Below are positions 48,601-63,525 of a stretch of DNA of 64,000 nucleotides, piece after piece (within the stretch, counting starts at the first letter, position 1; each line of letters opens with the position of its first letter). The notes under the pieces are model-generated. The model did no database searches. It saw only the letters and a program-made list of their open reading frames with translations, and had not been told where the DNA came from. This stretch comes from Fimbriosthenelais zetlandica. Taxonomy: Eukaryota. Position numbers and translations under genes: made by a program. The stretch covers positions 10,230,001-10,294,000 of the forward strand of contig OZ365115.1 in NCBI GenBank assembly GCA_977030845.1. Reading direction: 5' to 3'.

Positions 48601-51600
48601 CATTCGTTGACTTTTCAGTTGTCATGGCAACCTTATCAGTGGAAGCAGTAATAGAGGAGTTTGGTCTAACACAACTCCTGCAGGTCCTTTTTTGACTAAC
48701 CAGGGCAGTATCCATAGCAACCTTATCTGCTAGAGCCCTTGAGACAGAAACGATGTTTTAGAACTTGTACACTACGGCCCTTTCAAAAGATTTCAGGAAG
48801 CTTTGCATCTCCCAGTCATAGTAGGTTACCGATGACAATTTTTCATTTAAACTTGGTCTTGATCACAAGTAAAGGGTCAATGATCAATGGAATTCAAGTT
48901 CCTTATCCGTCTTCCTCTTTTGATTATTCGTTATTTATTTTTCATCCTCCAACCGGCCGATCTGCCAGGAATATTCATTCCAGAATGATAATGGAACAAT
49001 ATATGACAATCATCGAGGAAGTCATAAAACTTGGATCATTTTTATCCCCGGATGGCCAAAGACATCCAGTAATACATATTTCATGATTCCCAATCTATTA
49101 AATTTTTACTTCAGGACACGGGCACCTGATGTATTTCTTACAATTAATTGCCACTGACATATAAATGGGGGATGGCAGCAATAAAACATGCTCCTTCCCT
49201 TTCAAAGTGGAACTATACTATGGAGAATGCTTCTATTAATCGATCAGTGTTTTCTAACATAACCCCCTTGAGAGAACACCTATAGTATAGAGGCTCTACA
49301 CTGGTTAGGGGGAGGGATTACAAAAGATGAGAGCTGATGGGAGGATAACAAGGGATAAAAGGCATTTCACAGAAAGAAAATGATGCCTGGCAGAGTAAAT
49401 GATTAGACTTCGAGGCTGTCCAGCTTGAGCGGTGATTGGTGATTGGGCATCACGTGTCGTCTGAATCATTGATGGGGCGCCAGATGAGCCATGCTAATCG
49501 GGCCCCTCTGTGTCAGGCTCAGTGGGTACAACTCGATACAAGTGCCAATAGAGCTTAATTTGTGTCTCAAGACTTAAAGCCCTTTGGCTTGAGATTAGGG
49601 TTGCAGATCCTGCTGTAACGTATAGTCAAGTTAGAACTGCCGTTTCTTCTCTGATAAATATAGACCCTAAACTTGAGCTGTGTTATATGTACATGAACAT
49701 AGAATTTTACTGCTGATTGGAAGCTTTTCTTACTGTTAAAGGTCAGACTTGATATAGGCCGATGTCGTTGGAGCATGTATAAAGTAACCTGGGCTGAAAT
49801 AATTCCAATGTCCTGTCGGTAAACTGCTGGTATCCCAAAGGGTGTTGACATAGCTCCCCACTTCCCCCCAGTCCCTCCTGGCATGTCCCAACAGGGAAAT
49901 GGTTTTATTCCTGGTCATGTTTCCTTGTTCACTCTTATTCTAGGTCACAATCAATAACATTTACTTGTTCAGGTTATTGACAGATTGGGGATTGGATAAA
50001 TTTCCAATTTCTGGATTTAAGCCAAGCTACAATTTCATCAGCAGTTCACGCTGTAAAACTCAAGAGAGGAATTGTTGGTTACGACCTTATATAAATGATA
50101 GTGTGATTGAACCCATTCAGAAGTTGAGCAATGAAAGACAGAGCTGTGAAAAGCTATAGGAATGAGACGTCGTAATTGATCCCCTTATAGTGCCTAGAAT
50201 CACCATGAAATCACGACCTGCATGCTACATGTCATGATCTGGACTCCTGGCCTTATTTGAAAACCCTTCTGGGACACATTTTGGAACTGGCTCAATGTGC
50301 GGATAACATGTTATTTAAATTAGTGTGGTGGTGAACCAAAATACACCGAGTCCTATACACAGAAGCCTTAAGGCGAGCATCCATCATCATTTGAACGTCG
50401 TTAACCCTGTTTAGTCAAGATATGTTTGACCCAACTGCAATCCTCGTTAATAAACCTGGTTTTGTAATAGGCTACCCAAGACGACCCATCGATTAACCCG
50501 AATCAATAGGGGGTGGAGGAAAAATATTACAGGAATATCAGACTTAAAATATACGTAAGCCCAAGTATTTTGCAAGTACAGTGGAATTTACGATTAACTG
50601 GAAACCTGACAGGAATACTTAAGTTGGAGACAAAGCTGTATAGACTATATTTTGGTCTTTGATGAGAATGGACCATGAATCAATGAAGTGAGTAAACCGA
50701 AATCTCCAAAAGAGCTTATAGGCAATGGCTGTGGAGTGTTTGGATGTATTTCTCTTCTCAGTTGTACAGATCATTGTCATTTTCTTGGCCCAGACTGTGA
50801 GTGGCTCTCGTTGGGATGTCGTGTTGGCAGGGGTCATGTAGTGTATTGTAAAATGGCAGGCTTTTAGCTGCTCGGAGTTCCCCATGAGAGATGGCAGTAA
50901 AGGGTGATAAAAGGGTAGGACACGGCAGACCAGCCCTCTGTGATCGCCATCCAGGACTCAGGTCCATACACTGCCTTTGACAGGCCATACCCATGAGACT
51001 GGCCGAGGAAAAAACTGAGATCTGAGGTTACAGCTATAGGTATTTAAAGTCAACAACACGGGCAATTAGCCTGTAGAAACTTGTTCAAAAATCAGAAGAC
51101 CTTCTATACCCCTTGAAATAATGGTTCCATGTACATACTGAGATTCTGGATATCTATTGGATGGAATCAACAAACTAAACTTCCATAACGTCAATAACAT
51201 TTGTTGGTTTAGCAGAAGGGTAATACATAAAACTGCTTTCATAGCACTCCTTATAAGAATCTGATGTTCAAGCAAGCAGAGCTGAGGGTAAGCAAAAGCA
51301 CTAAGATTGACCACACATAGAAGTGGTCAATATCTGACTATATATAAACCGGCCAACTGACGGGCCCTGCATTGATTCCCTGTCTCCACAGGGCCTCAGT
51401 ATACGGTGGTGGGTGGAGTAAGACATGGACAGATTGGTCAATGATCTGAATATTGGAGACATCACGGGTGGTGTACACGAGTGATGTCCACATTGTACAT
51501 AAAAGACATCCAGAAGTGGATATGTCTATGAGATGCCAGTCTGGCCATAAATGCAACAGAGATTCAGCACTGACCATGTCATCTAGTTAGCTATCCTGCT

Positions 51601-54600
51601 GCTTCAGGGATGCAGAATTTGACGCAATATAATATAGAACATGTCCCATGCACTAGCGTTTATCTGGCCTATACAATAATGTGAAGTACTGGCCATTTTT
51701 GCAAATAATTTTTATGCGTGAAACTGTGGGGGAAATATTGTTCAGTTAGCAATCATGTATGTAATTCCAAAGTCTATTCCACCTCCTATTGTACAGGAAA
51801 CAAAATCTATATTGAGGGTTCTAGGGCAGATATTGACGGATGACAAAATTTATTACAACTGACGGATAAAGCCAGTCAGTTAAACAGCATTCAGAATTGG
51901 AATCGAGCTGAAGAAATATGCCTTCAAGCCAGAAAAAGAACGCGGGGTCAGCTGATAAAACTGAACTGCCTCGCCTTAGTTATATTGCCTATTGATTCAG
52001 TGCGTCGGCGACAGGGTGGAGTTGGCGGGACAGAATTAAAAGAACAGGAGAGAAATGTGGTGCCATAAATTTAATTACATTATTCCATCACATCACAAGT
52101 TCATTTCTTTAGTACAAGCAGATAATTAGGATAAGTGTCAATATACTGCAGCCTTTAGATTTAATATGTTCTCATTTTTTTTCTCATGCCTGGATTGGAA
52201 TTTTAAATGGGAAAAAAAGATTAGAAGTGTTGTTCGTATCACGAAAGGCACTGAGTGAAGTACGGGCTTTCTTGTGGAACCATTGCCTGGGTGAATACAA
52301 TATACAGTTCTCTTGAGTCACGAGATCTTATCATTTTATTGCATGTCCCCAGTTCATACAACTATATATAGTCCAGCTATATATTGCTTTCAATCAAAGA
52401 TATAATATATATTACTATTAGAACCTATTAGAACTAGGTATTACATCATACATGTATACCTAGTAACAAGGAACTATACTTGCTGGTCATAATGATCTAA
52501 AGCCATTTCATGGATAGATTAGCTCAATATTGTGGTTCGATGCAATAGGTCTTTAGTAACGTAGAGTAAATCTCTTAATGAACTAGGCCTCATTAATGGC
52601 TTAATGTATGTATGATATAACGTACGGTTCATCCCTTTCCTCTCATTTCCATATTGATGAATTTTAGGCTTTAAGAAGTGTACCCATCTGGCCAGTACTT
52701 CACCTTATTGATTCCCAGTCATCGATTCCTTCATACCCCATCGGTGGAAGGAAGCCCTGAGGCTTCACCTTCAGGAGGATTGGAAATCCCTGATAAGGCG
52801 ATGAGGTAATGGAGAGATGGGCTGCGGAAAGGAACAAGGGGATTTCATGTTTTGATGAGAGGATTATTGATTTAAATAACTCAACAGCCTCTAGTCCTTC
52901 CCAGTGAGTGATGACTATACGTACCATGATTTTACTTGTATATTCCCCGAGGTGTCTTCCATATGTACACAGAGAGGTATACAGATAAACTATCGGGTAT
53001 CTTTTAAGAAGTCCCTTCTGATATAGATAACAGGAATTTGCTATCGTGGAGAATAGAAACTTTTAAAACCAAGTCAATCATGTTTGGTGTTATCGTACTG
53101 GTATCATAAGTACATCAATCCTATGGGATTCCTTGCATGGCATGCCTGGAGTGTTTCATGTTTCAGGGGTTTGAAATGGCCTAAGAATAGCAGATAGGAA
53201 CCCAAGTATCAGGTCAAGTCTTGGGGAAACACGTGACAGAATGCCTATGCGTGGAAACACGTTGGTAAATCCATCATGAAAATAGAAGTGACCTTATAGT
53301 CGGTCTATCAGGTACAATCGGGAATCCATGAACTGGAGGGGATGCTACACAAAAACATTGTCTATCTCTACTTCTGGTTGATTTGGGAGTATACTTCCGG
53401 GTGGTGCTTAACCCATTGACATACGGGGCCTAGCTGTGATGGGGGCCCCCTCGGGCCAGATCTGGGCATGTGGGATAACGTTGTTGTGGGAGTGGTAAGC
53501 TTGGGGCCCCAATAGAGCTGTATCTCGGAGGCACTGAAGGAATAGAGATGAAAGATCAAACCTCTAGAGACTGATATAGTATACAGAGGAAAGATGACTA
53601 GCCATTCTGAGCCATAAATACCAATAATATACTATACCGAGAGGCTGCACTTGAAGTTTGAATTTTAGTATCTTTCCCTTTGTAGCAAATTTTCTATAAG
53701 GAATTATTGGCTGTTCTGGATTCCACTGTGACAACACTGTAGGAAACGTGAAGAGTCAATGTGATTTATTTTCATTCTATAATGTTATTTAGTGAGGTTT
53801 TAGTGGGAGTGATATTCCTTTAAGGTATAGATTTCTGACAATGTAATATAAGACTTATTTTGGGTGTGTTTTCATGGGAGGCCACTTTACAGGCCATTTT
53901 GGGATAGGGCACAATCCTTCAGGACCTCCTACCCTGCAATTTCCGACAGAACAGGGAAAGTCGCTCAGGTCATTCACCATGGGAATGAAAAGGCCTGTAT
54001 ATCAACAGCTTCCTATGTTATCTGCCCAGCCATGAATATAAGCGACAACAAGGCAGATACCACTATAATCTGCCATTGATGTAAGTGGGCGATAATAGGG
54101 GGATTCCTAGCATAAACTCTCATTCAAATGAAATTGGTTCAGGATGAGGGTAGGCTCTATAGTAACCCGGCTGAAATAAGGCTTGCCTTGCAGAATATCA
54201 TAGGTACTTTGTATGTTTTATTACTAATATGAGTCAAAGAGGCATATTACATTAGCATTTTATGCCTTACTAGGATACTACTAGGGTAATACATTTGGGT
54301 ATTTGCAAGTCAGGTAGCATGGTAGGCTAAAGCTCACTGCAAGGATACTGTATCATGAGGTGCCATTCGATGATTATATCGGCGATTGCCTTGAAGTCAC
54401 TTTAAGATTGTTTTCATGATTAATATGACTAATAATGGTGTAACTGTTATTATAGTATCAATCTAACCTTCGCAAATATCAACACATTCCAACATACTAA
54501 ATAATCCGCTGCATGATCGTATCTATATATGTTACGTCCCATTTCCCAAAATATAATCTAGGTCTATAGACCTGTGGATAAAAGTAACCATGCACACAAA

Positions 54601-57600
54601 CCCATGATCGTCTTCCCACCTGAATGATCCTATTACTGAATTTATATATGATCCATAATATTATGAACATTCTGGGGCCTGTGTCAAAAGGAATATTAGC
54701 AATGTCTATGGCTAATATTCGTTTTGAAACAGGCTCCAATCATGACCACAATCATGACCACAGGAGCCTCTTTTATGTCTTTAGGGCGTCATTATTGGAA
54801 GACCCACTAGATATTTATGATCCACCTCTTGCTATTAGAGGTTTAAATATATTTGAAAACCATATCCAAACCATATCAATATCCATTCAGTGGTATTTCT
54901 GTATGTCATGCAGATTCAGGTCAGCAGGGGTGGGTCCAGGATATGATTCAGGGACCCCTCCCTCCTTTGAAGATATTTTGTCGCTCAGGTAGTGAATTTA
55001 TTGGCCCACAAGGCCCCCCACCCCCACCACACCACCTTAACTGATCCTACCCCCCTTCCCTCCTTTCCAAAATATCTGGATCCACGCCGGAGCTACATGC
55101 AGAAAGCATCAGAGACTAGTGATCCTATTTCACAATAAAAAGGCATTAATATAAAGGAGTTAATGCTATTTGGGTTGTAGAGACACTTTCGTGAGGCAGA
55201 GTAATCAAACGCAGCCGTGGGATAACATGACTCTGTATTGATTGGTTCGGACACCACGTTTCCGACCACACTTAGACTGCCAGCCGTGTGTAACTTTGGG
55301 TTTCCGGTGGAAACCCGATTTCCCAATGGCATCAACACAGGGGACAGCCAATGATTGCCATTGAATATTTGACAAGACCTACTATTTTCGTAACCTCAGG
55401 AGGCTGCTTATTCAACTATTCAAGTACAAGTAACTAGCAATGGTCCATAAATCAATGCATAAAAACACAGAGCTCTATATAAAGCTTTTTACAAAGAACT
55501 GGATATAGGTGCCTCGAAATTTTCATGCAAAAATAGGTTGATTTCTAACTTACTGCTTTCATAAACTGTGCGAAGCTGAATGTTGAAAAACGTATATATG
55601 ACTCGTCAAACATTAGTATTCTTGAAAATCCCAAAAGGCAATGTAGGCCCCAGCTGCTCAATGTCAAAGTGATTGAAAAGGATGTCACGTCAGATGATCA
55701 CACCACTGCTGCAGTTGTTACCTCCAAAGGTCAGAAGAGAAGGCAACAACATTAATCTATCCTGACATGTGACAAAACATCCTTGTGACTTTGACCGCCA
55801 AACTTTCAAGGTAAGACGCCCATATTTTCATCCCAGAGGGAAGTGGCCCTTAGAGAGACGGTGGAGCATGACCTTTACCAGTTTATCCATCCCACTTACC
55901 TGAGTGAGGGACTCCTAAAGCCAGGTGACACTTCCTAGCACCAGGAGGCATTAGTTAGCAGGCAGGTCCCTGGCAATGCCTGCCATATATCCTGCTTGAG
56001 GAAGGGCACCAGTGCTAAGGCCATATTTTATTGGACCTGCCATTGTATAGTGCAAAGTTCACTCGGGCCCTTTCTCCAACCGACGAGGCGGAAACAAAAG
56101 CACTTACTCTTGTCAGGTGCTCGTATAGTATTGCATTGATTAATAGCACCTTAAAATACAATTTCACCTGTATCAATGGATTAATGGACCACTTTGCACC
56201 TGTTTATACTTTACTGATTCCAACTCAACAGTAAGCTATATGTCAGGGTATTATATACTATTAAACAGACAGTAGTTTCTTGAATTTCCTTTCCAAAATC
56301 TTAACAGGTTCCTCAGTGCAGGAAGGTCGCCTGCAGGAATCTCTGAATTGACTACCTGATGTTTTAGATTCTCTAGCTACTTATTCCCATTCCACGCACG
56401 AATGATGAGTAAATCACGTGGTTCATTTCCCCTGGATGGCCACTGTATGGCCAGTAATTAACCCACTGGCTTCACTAAAAAATTTTTACCAGAGGAGGAT
56501 GTGTCTACGTGTCTGCCATTCTCTGGCAAGCTTCGGTTGTGACCTTGTCATATTTAGGGAGGAGAATCGAATGCGAAATAATTACGTCGGCTTCCAGAAC
56601 AAAAAGCTACGATGCGAGTCGCTATAACAGCGTATCATGTTGATCCTCGCTCGCCAGGAGTTCATTGAAGCATTATGCTCTGATAGACCATTAACTAAAC
56701 AAAAAGTTAGAGAGTCTTGCATGTAAGTGGAAGTGATGATGGTGCTGGGTACATGGCTGAAGCCAGGCTACGGCCATTCCATTAAGAGGAACAACCTCAT
56801 CCAAGCCATCAACAATCTACTGGCTCCTTGTAACAGGCAGACTTTAATCCCCCTCTCCGTCTACTATCTTTACTTTACATCAGAGTCAATTGCCAGTGGG
56901 CTGGCGATGTCTAATAGAAAGGACATCGGTCTGGGATAGTTTTTAAATCAGGAGAGCAGTGTTGGAAATCTCCATTCATCTTAGTCAATGTTTTAAAGGC
57001 ACTTTATGTCGGTATACATTTTTTTCAAATAATTACTTGTCTTCTACTTGCTGACGGTAAATGCTTCTCGGAATTCCAGACCTCGTTAGTGGACTACTGG
57101 ATATGCATTGCAAAGTTAAAGGACAGACACAGCCACGAGAAAAAATGAATGAGTATTTTCCGCGTGAACTTGAGGGATACAATCCATTATGTGAAGTACT
57201 ATTCGGTTTCCTCATAAAGTACTGGTAGTTTGGAATTCCGATAGGCTCCCCATCCCATCGTATTGATTTTACACAAAGACTTTTTTCCTATTTTCTTCCT
57301 ACCCTTCCTTTTCAATTATCCTGGCATACACCAGTGGGCAGCAATGACTGGGAATCAATAATATCTGCTTGCATCTTCAAGTGACTTTCTTTATAATTTG
57401 CGGCAGTAGATACAGGTTTTAGATAGAGAAATAACCAAAGAAGATGAGAATTGTGACTACTGCTTTGTTTGTTGTCCAAATCCCCTATCTATTTTTCTGG
57501 GTCTGTGGTTCTGGAAAGGCTCTTGGTAAATGGGCCTTTCACAATAACACCGTAATATGTCACTTTCATGCGCTGCATCAATGACATCTCTATAATTCGA

Positions 57601-60600
57601 ATTTGGCGAGTTCAATAGGTTACATGTATCTTTGTGACTTACATTTCTTTATAATAAAAAAGAGAGGTCCAAATCTGGTACCTAAGTTGCATATGACTCT
57701 CGGGAGGTTATACATGTTTTCACTGGATGGTAGAGAGACATCCATCCTGCCTTGAAGGGCTATCGGGGAAGATTGGGAGGTGCCCTTTATTCCGCAGGAG
57801 ATCATAAACAAGATAAAGTAGGAAATAGTCAATTCCAAGTCGGCATGAACATAAGGCACTTCCTGTATGATATATGTGCAAATCTGGGGAGAGAAGTCTT
57901 CAGCATGGTTTGCTACTTAATTTGGAGCAATCAGCCATGACCGCCCAGTCTCAATTACATCCTTAATTAATCAGTGGAAACGTGACTTCCATAATCTTAT
58001 AAAAGGCCACAAACTTGTTCTTGGCTGAAAAGCTAAGTCCTTTGGAAGTTCATTCTACCATAATTACAATGTCAGATAAGTTATGCCATCAAGATGTACG
58101 TAATTCATTATTTTAATTGATTGCCATTTAGTGTAGCCTCAAGGCCAGTCTTCTCCAATTGTCGTCGCTGCTGGGACTCAGTTTTAATTAGTGTTATATC
58201 AGCTATAAATAGGGTTTTCAACAATTGACAGAGACCTGCGGCTAGAATCTGTCACTTAAATTATGAAACACGAGCCTTCAAAAACATTGATATCATAAAG
58301 TAATTGGGAAATAGCGATGAAACAAACCAGAGTTGCTGCAACCATGGTCCAGACCCCGACTTCCGTGATATGTCATATATAATATACTTAATGTATAAAC
58401 ATGCAGCAGCCCTGGGCTGAACTAAAAGGCTCTGATACCTATGTAAGATCTACGCATGGAGTTTCATGGTCACTCGCCAATATATCTCGCTCTTGTTCCC
58501 TTATACCATGTACAGCATATTGACATAACCTTGTCAACTGCAGCATCTCTGAAGTGTCAGAGTGACATAACCAAGGTACATAGGCATTTCCCCTCCCGAT
58601 AGGCTTCTGTCAACACACTGTAATCTGGAACACTTCACAGCTAACAATAATCTCTGATAATTCAAGTTGAAGGATGACTCCCAGCACTTTTAATAAGCTT
58701 TATATCAGTGATGTCCATAGTAGTGACATTTTCCCATGTGGAAACACTTTAGGCCATTAACTTGGAGGTAAAAATCGATTCATCGAGGCAAAGAGCGTTG
58801 TGTGCAGACATTTTTGTATCTCTACCAGTCCTTTCAGAGTGGGCGATAATATAGGGTATTTATCATGAATTAAGGTGGCATTCAGTGTGTGGTGAATGAG
58901 TAGGGTGGCTGAGGGGAGGTGTAGAGGTAAGAAGAACATGAACCCATGAAATGTTACTGTTTTTCTTTTGAAATGTTGTACAAAGACCACTAAAAACGTT
59001 GATATGAGTCAATATTATTGCAAGTCCTGTCTGCACTTAAACTGACACCGATGCCTTGTTTTCCAAGTCAATCACCTTAAAAAATCGTCTCTGAAGGGGC
59101 TAGATAGGAACAAGCCATATTTTATCATTGAGTATTGCCATTTTGGATGGCCTAATTGGCTTCTGAGTTCACTGGTCCTTAAACATGCAGTTGGCAACTA
59201 GCAGGTTCTTACTGGCAAAACATTGATTAACTTGTCAGCGAAAGGTCACAGACTTAGCCAGTTAAAGAGTTGTGCAAGCACCAATAGTCAAGGTCAAAAG
59301 CACCAAAGTAAACACATTACCAAGACAGTTCAATAACCTACCCACTTATCTTCCCTCACCCTCTTTATTTCCACAGCATTTCCTTGTGGTCCTGTTGCTG
59401 CCGAATCTCAATAGTCCCAAACAGCAACAAACATTTGTGAGTAAATATTCATACCTTTTACTTCCTTTTTCTCTGTAGGAAGTGTTAAAAAATTCAAAAT
59501 GGGGAAAGGATAGGGTTGAATAAAAGATGGAGGCAATGTTTATTTCAGGCAGCAATCATTCGGGTCAGAGTGTTGAAGCAATCATGGGATTTTATGAATA
59601 ATGAAAGAAGGACTCCAGCTGTGCCTTGCTAGCCAGGGCAGGCATGCTATTAAAGGGACAAGGTCTCCTCAAAGTGCCACCCTCCTCCCAAATAACAGTT
59701 TGAGCTTTAGGGCTATACAACTACCACCATGCCATATATTGAGAATGGGTAGATGGTTCTAACTGTATTGGTTCGTCCAACTATTGGGTTGGTAATTATT
59801 TATGAGATCAGGCAGGTAGTTTATCACAATTTGCATAATGAAAAGTACTGACGGTTTGGGTTGTACTAAATTAGAAAAGAGCTAAGAATCGTTCGCTAAG
59901 AATCCAAGTGAATATAGTACTAGCAATTGCAGCATCAACAGTTACTGTATGTTTCCTGTATATTTTGAGTTACTGGATTGCCATTTTAACGACTGCAGTC
60001 ACATCAATTAATTCAAAATTGAGTCGAACGAATACAGATATATGGGAGCTTGTGGAGACGTAATTAAATAATTGGTGACACAAGAACGAGGAGAATTATA
60101 CTGTTGGACGCTTGCCATTAGGATGAATGTTAGAGAGGAAGTAGATTGGGGTTACGTAGTAAGTTATGAGCAACTCATTAACTCGGTTTGACTCTGCCTG
60201 ATGCAATCACAACTGGCAGGAGATGTTAATCAGTAGGAGAGAAGGAGGCCAAGGTTTCCACTACCATGCTACCTACCCTTCCCCAATCAGTTCCTAAGGC
60301 CGTGGTTGCCATGAAAATGAATCCTCCTTGCAAAAGTAATTTTCTTCTGTCCACTTCATTCCCCTCAATTCAGTTTTAAAGGGTTGTCAGAGGCTTTGAC
60401 CATGATGCAGTAAGCTATCTAAAGCGTTGCAGCTTATTATTCTGAAACTGTCCTGCATTTTATAAATTCAAGGCGATGTGTAAAATGAACCACCTACAGT
60501 CCTTTATAGCCCAATTCATTCCATGATTAAATATATTTGCCCATTATTTGACATTCGATAAAGGTCTCGAATGTTATATTGGTGCTAAAGGGTGCACTGA

Positions 60601-63525
60601 CTTTCACATTCTGCATACAGAATGAATGGGACTGCCTTCCATTATAGCCGTCGATACCCCTATAGGACCTGCCAAGCTCCTTTAAATGTTCTTTTCAGTA
60701 ACACAGTAAAAAAAGACCAATTGATCATAAGACGGCATAAATAGGGGAAGAGGTGGGCCTGCTGAGCAGTCAGTTACACATTTATTGATTTATAGCACTG
60801 AGCAAGCGGTCGTCGGTCCTCCAGAGCAATTATTTGCATTATTCAGTATATCATTCAGTCGTTAATATCTGTAATCGCATATCATCGTTTATCACACCAC
60901 TACAGTTACTACCCAGCTTACTGATCAATGACCTAACTGTGCATACTGTATCTCTATTGGGACTGGTATACTTGATACTAGGAAAGTATTTGAGGCATCA
61001 TTTACGTTTTGTCCAGAACTAATTCTCCACTGAATGGGTTTTTGTTGTTTAATCCACAGCTCAATATATAATGCAGCTTCCATGATTGATTCCGGCTCGT
61101 TCTCCGAGGCCATAACTCTCAAGGGCAGAGACTGTAAGGGAAGCTGGAGTAAAAGAAGTTCAATCAAGCAACCCATTCCTTCCCATTCAAAGCCCTTCTA
61201 CTCAAGTTTTAAAAACGCTTATTTCAGCTGATTCCCTCATAGGAAATATTTATCACTTGTGTATTTAGCTATATTGAAGTCATTCATACATGGTTGCAGG
61301 TTGCATCCATGCACCAGATTTCCTTCATATACAGCCCAAGGTGAAGAGAATCCCTGGTCATCCCCGGTAAAACAAGTATGGGATGTATTGCCTATTTAAT
61401 CAATCTCTGAATGAAGGTAATCAATCGTTCACCACATCTCCTCGGGGTTTTTAGCCAAGCACCAAGAATCGCTATGGGCGCTAATCAATTTAAGAGCAAA
61501 TGCTATGTGCCTTACCCCCTTAGACAAAGGGACTTAGTATTCCACGTAGAGGCAGGATGACTTTTGGCAGAAGAGGTATAATGCTTTCCAGAAACCAACT
61601 GAAAATTCAACTCACTCTAACTAAATCCAATGCAATCAGTTCATACTGCACAAGGTTCCCTGCTTAACAGTTTGGTCACTCTCCGTTCGAGCATTGATCA
61701 TTCTGTTTCAGTATATCATATGTGAACTTCTGCTTAACATCTGTTTGGTTTTACAATGTAAAATATACGCAGGGGTTACATTGTTGGGAACCAGGAATAA
61801 ATTGTTCATACTTGGAAACTTTCATTATGATCCACTATATATTTGATACAACTATTCTCACAATGGAGTCGGATGAAACAGTGATGTCCCTATTCAATGG
61901 CTTCCTATCCTGAAAGCCCATAGAAGGCTTGTAGAGAGGCAGCAAATTGTATGAAGGCCCACTTCATCCTCCACTTTCTCCTCATTCCTCATCCCCTTCT
62001 CTCACTCGTGGAAAAGCTATCCATCTTTATCAAATATAGGTTAGACTGACGCTTTGTCCACCACCCTCAATCTCCTGACAGGGAGGTGGAGGTGGATGCC
62101 TCTTTATTTGTCCCATATTTTATGGAATATAAATTCAGGGTAACTTGTGAAATAATCATTGAGAACTCTGGCCAGTTCTCGTGGAGTTTGTAACTCTTTT
62201 ATTAAATTGATGATAATTTTGGGAGTAAGAGCTAGGTTAAAGCGGCGAGGCTGAAGCCTTGGAGTTTTAACGAGCTGCAAAGTTTCAATTTTGTGAATAC
62301 AGGTCATACTTGGGAGACAGACAACAGGTCCAGGGCACAATTTGATGTAGCACAAGTAATGACTCCTTAATTAATTATTATAAAGCTATTAGGTTACACG
62401 AGGTATGATTAAAAGTGTCAATTGGTCTTTTACATTCGTATGACCCAGTTTCAATTGTCACTTTCCACATCGATGCAGTATTAAATTCATTTGTGATATC
62501 CTCAAAGTCATCCTCATAACTTTAAGGGATTTAAAAACTATTTCTCCTCTTTCTCTACAGAATACCGGAGAGGACTGGAGAGGATGCAAAACGAAATTTG
62601 TAGCCGCCGCCAAGACGAACAGCACCATAACATCTGAACTCATATTGAGCAACCATTGAGAAGGAGGAATTCACATTGGTGAATGTTCTGGCCGGTGCAG
62701 AAACTACTTGTCCTTGGTGAGTACACTTTGAAAATATGAGCACAACGAGATAAGAGAGTGAAGTGAGTGAATGCAAGCAATTATAACCGCCAGAAGCAGA
62801 CCATACAAGTGTGTGCAGCATACAGATAAGTGAACCCCTCACCAAGCCCAATTCTGTGCTGAGTGCAAATTAGTCTTGGTTTACTGGCATAAATTGGGAC
62901 TGGAGTGGGATGCTGTGCCAATATCAGTGGCGGGCCTTTAACTGGGTAGGTAAACGCTGACTGAACGTTAAGTGGCAATAGGAGGAACATAAGTGGGCAG
63001 ACAGGCTCTGCAGGCAGGAAAATATATTCCATATAAAAAGTGCCACATAAGCTTAAGTGCACCATTTATGTTCATGGTGGGGTCCTTTCTTGCAATATAT
63101 CAACAGAGAAAAAGTAAGATTGATTCAACACAAATACACCATGATTGACGTAACCCGCTAGTGTCTACATTCCATACGATATAATTTGAGCATATACAAA
63201 GTATGAAATGAATAGACAAATCTGGACGTTGAGTTTAGAATGTGATTATAATTATAGGATTACGATTGATTGCAACCTGCGATAATGTATTTACACAAAG
63301 GCCTAATATCATTCTATGTTCAACCATTCATGATTCAGGAGCTTCAGCTTAGCTTGAGTAATAATTCAGTTCCTCCTGTAATTTCGTGCTAACATATATA
63401 AGACCAGTTCCACCATTTGGTCGACACGAGCTCAAATTATCAATAATAATTTAAAATGGTTCAAGTCAAATAATCTTCATTATATATGTACCTACTACTA
63501 TGTGCATCGGTTGGCATAATTTACA

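Noticed and set aside
55298-55316. 8-bp hairpin gggtttcc-ggt-ggaaaccc
   Set aside because: Short stems of this size are expected by chance in 64 kb; no associated feature.
55900-55951. MPPGARKCHLALGVPHS followed by CAG|gtaagt on the - strand
   Set aside because: Ends in phase 1, so it cannot join the common exon directly; it fits only the unproven second frame of the 39-kb exon.
40000-62500. Numerous 60-137 aa ORFs
   Set aside because: No recognisable domains, many start at TTG/GTG, no consistent splice phases; consistent with chance ORFs in intronic or intergenic DNA.
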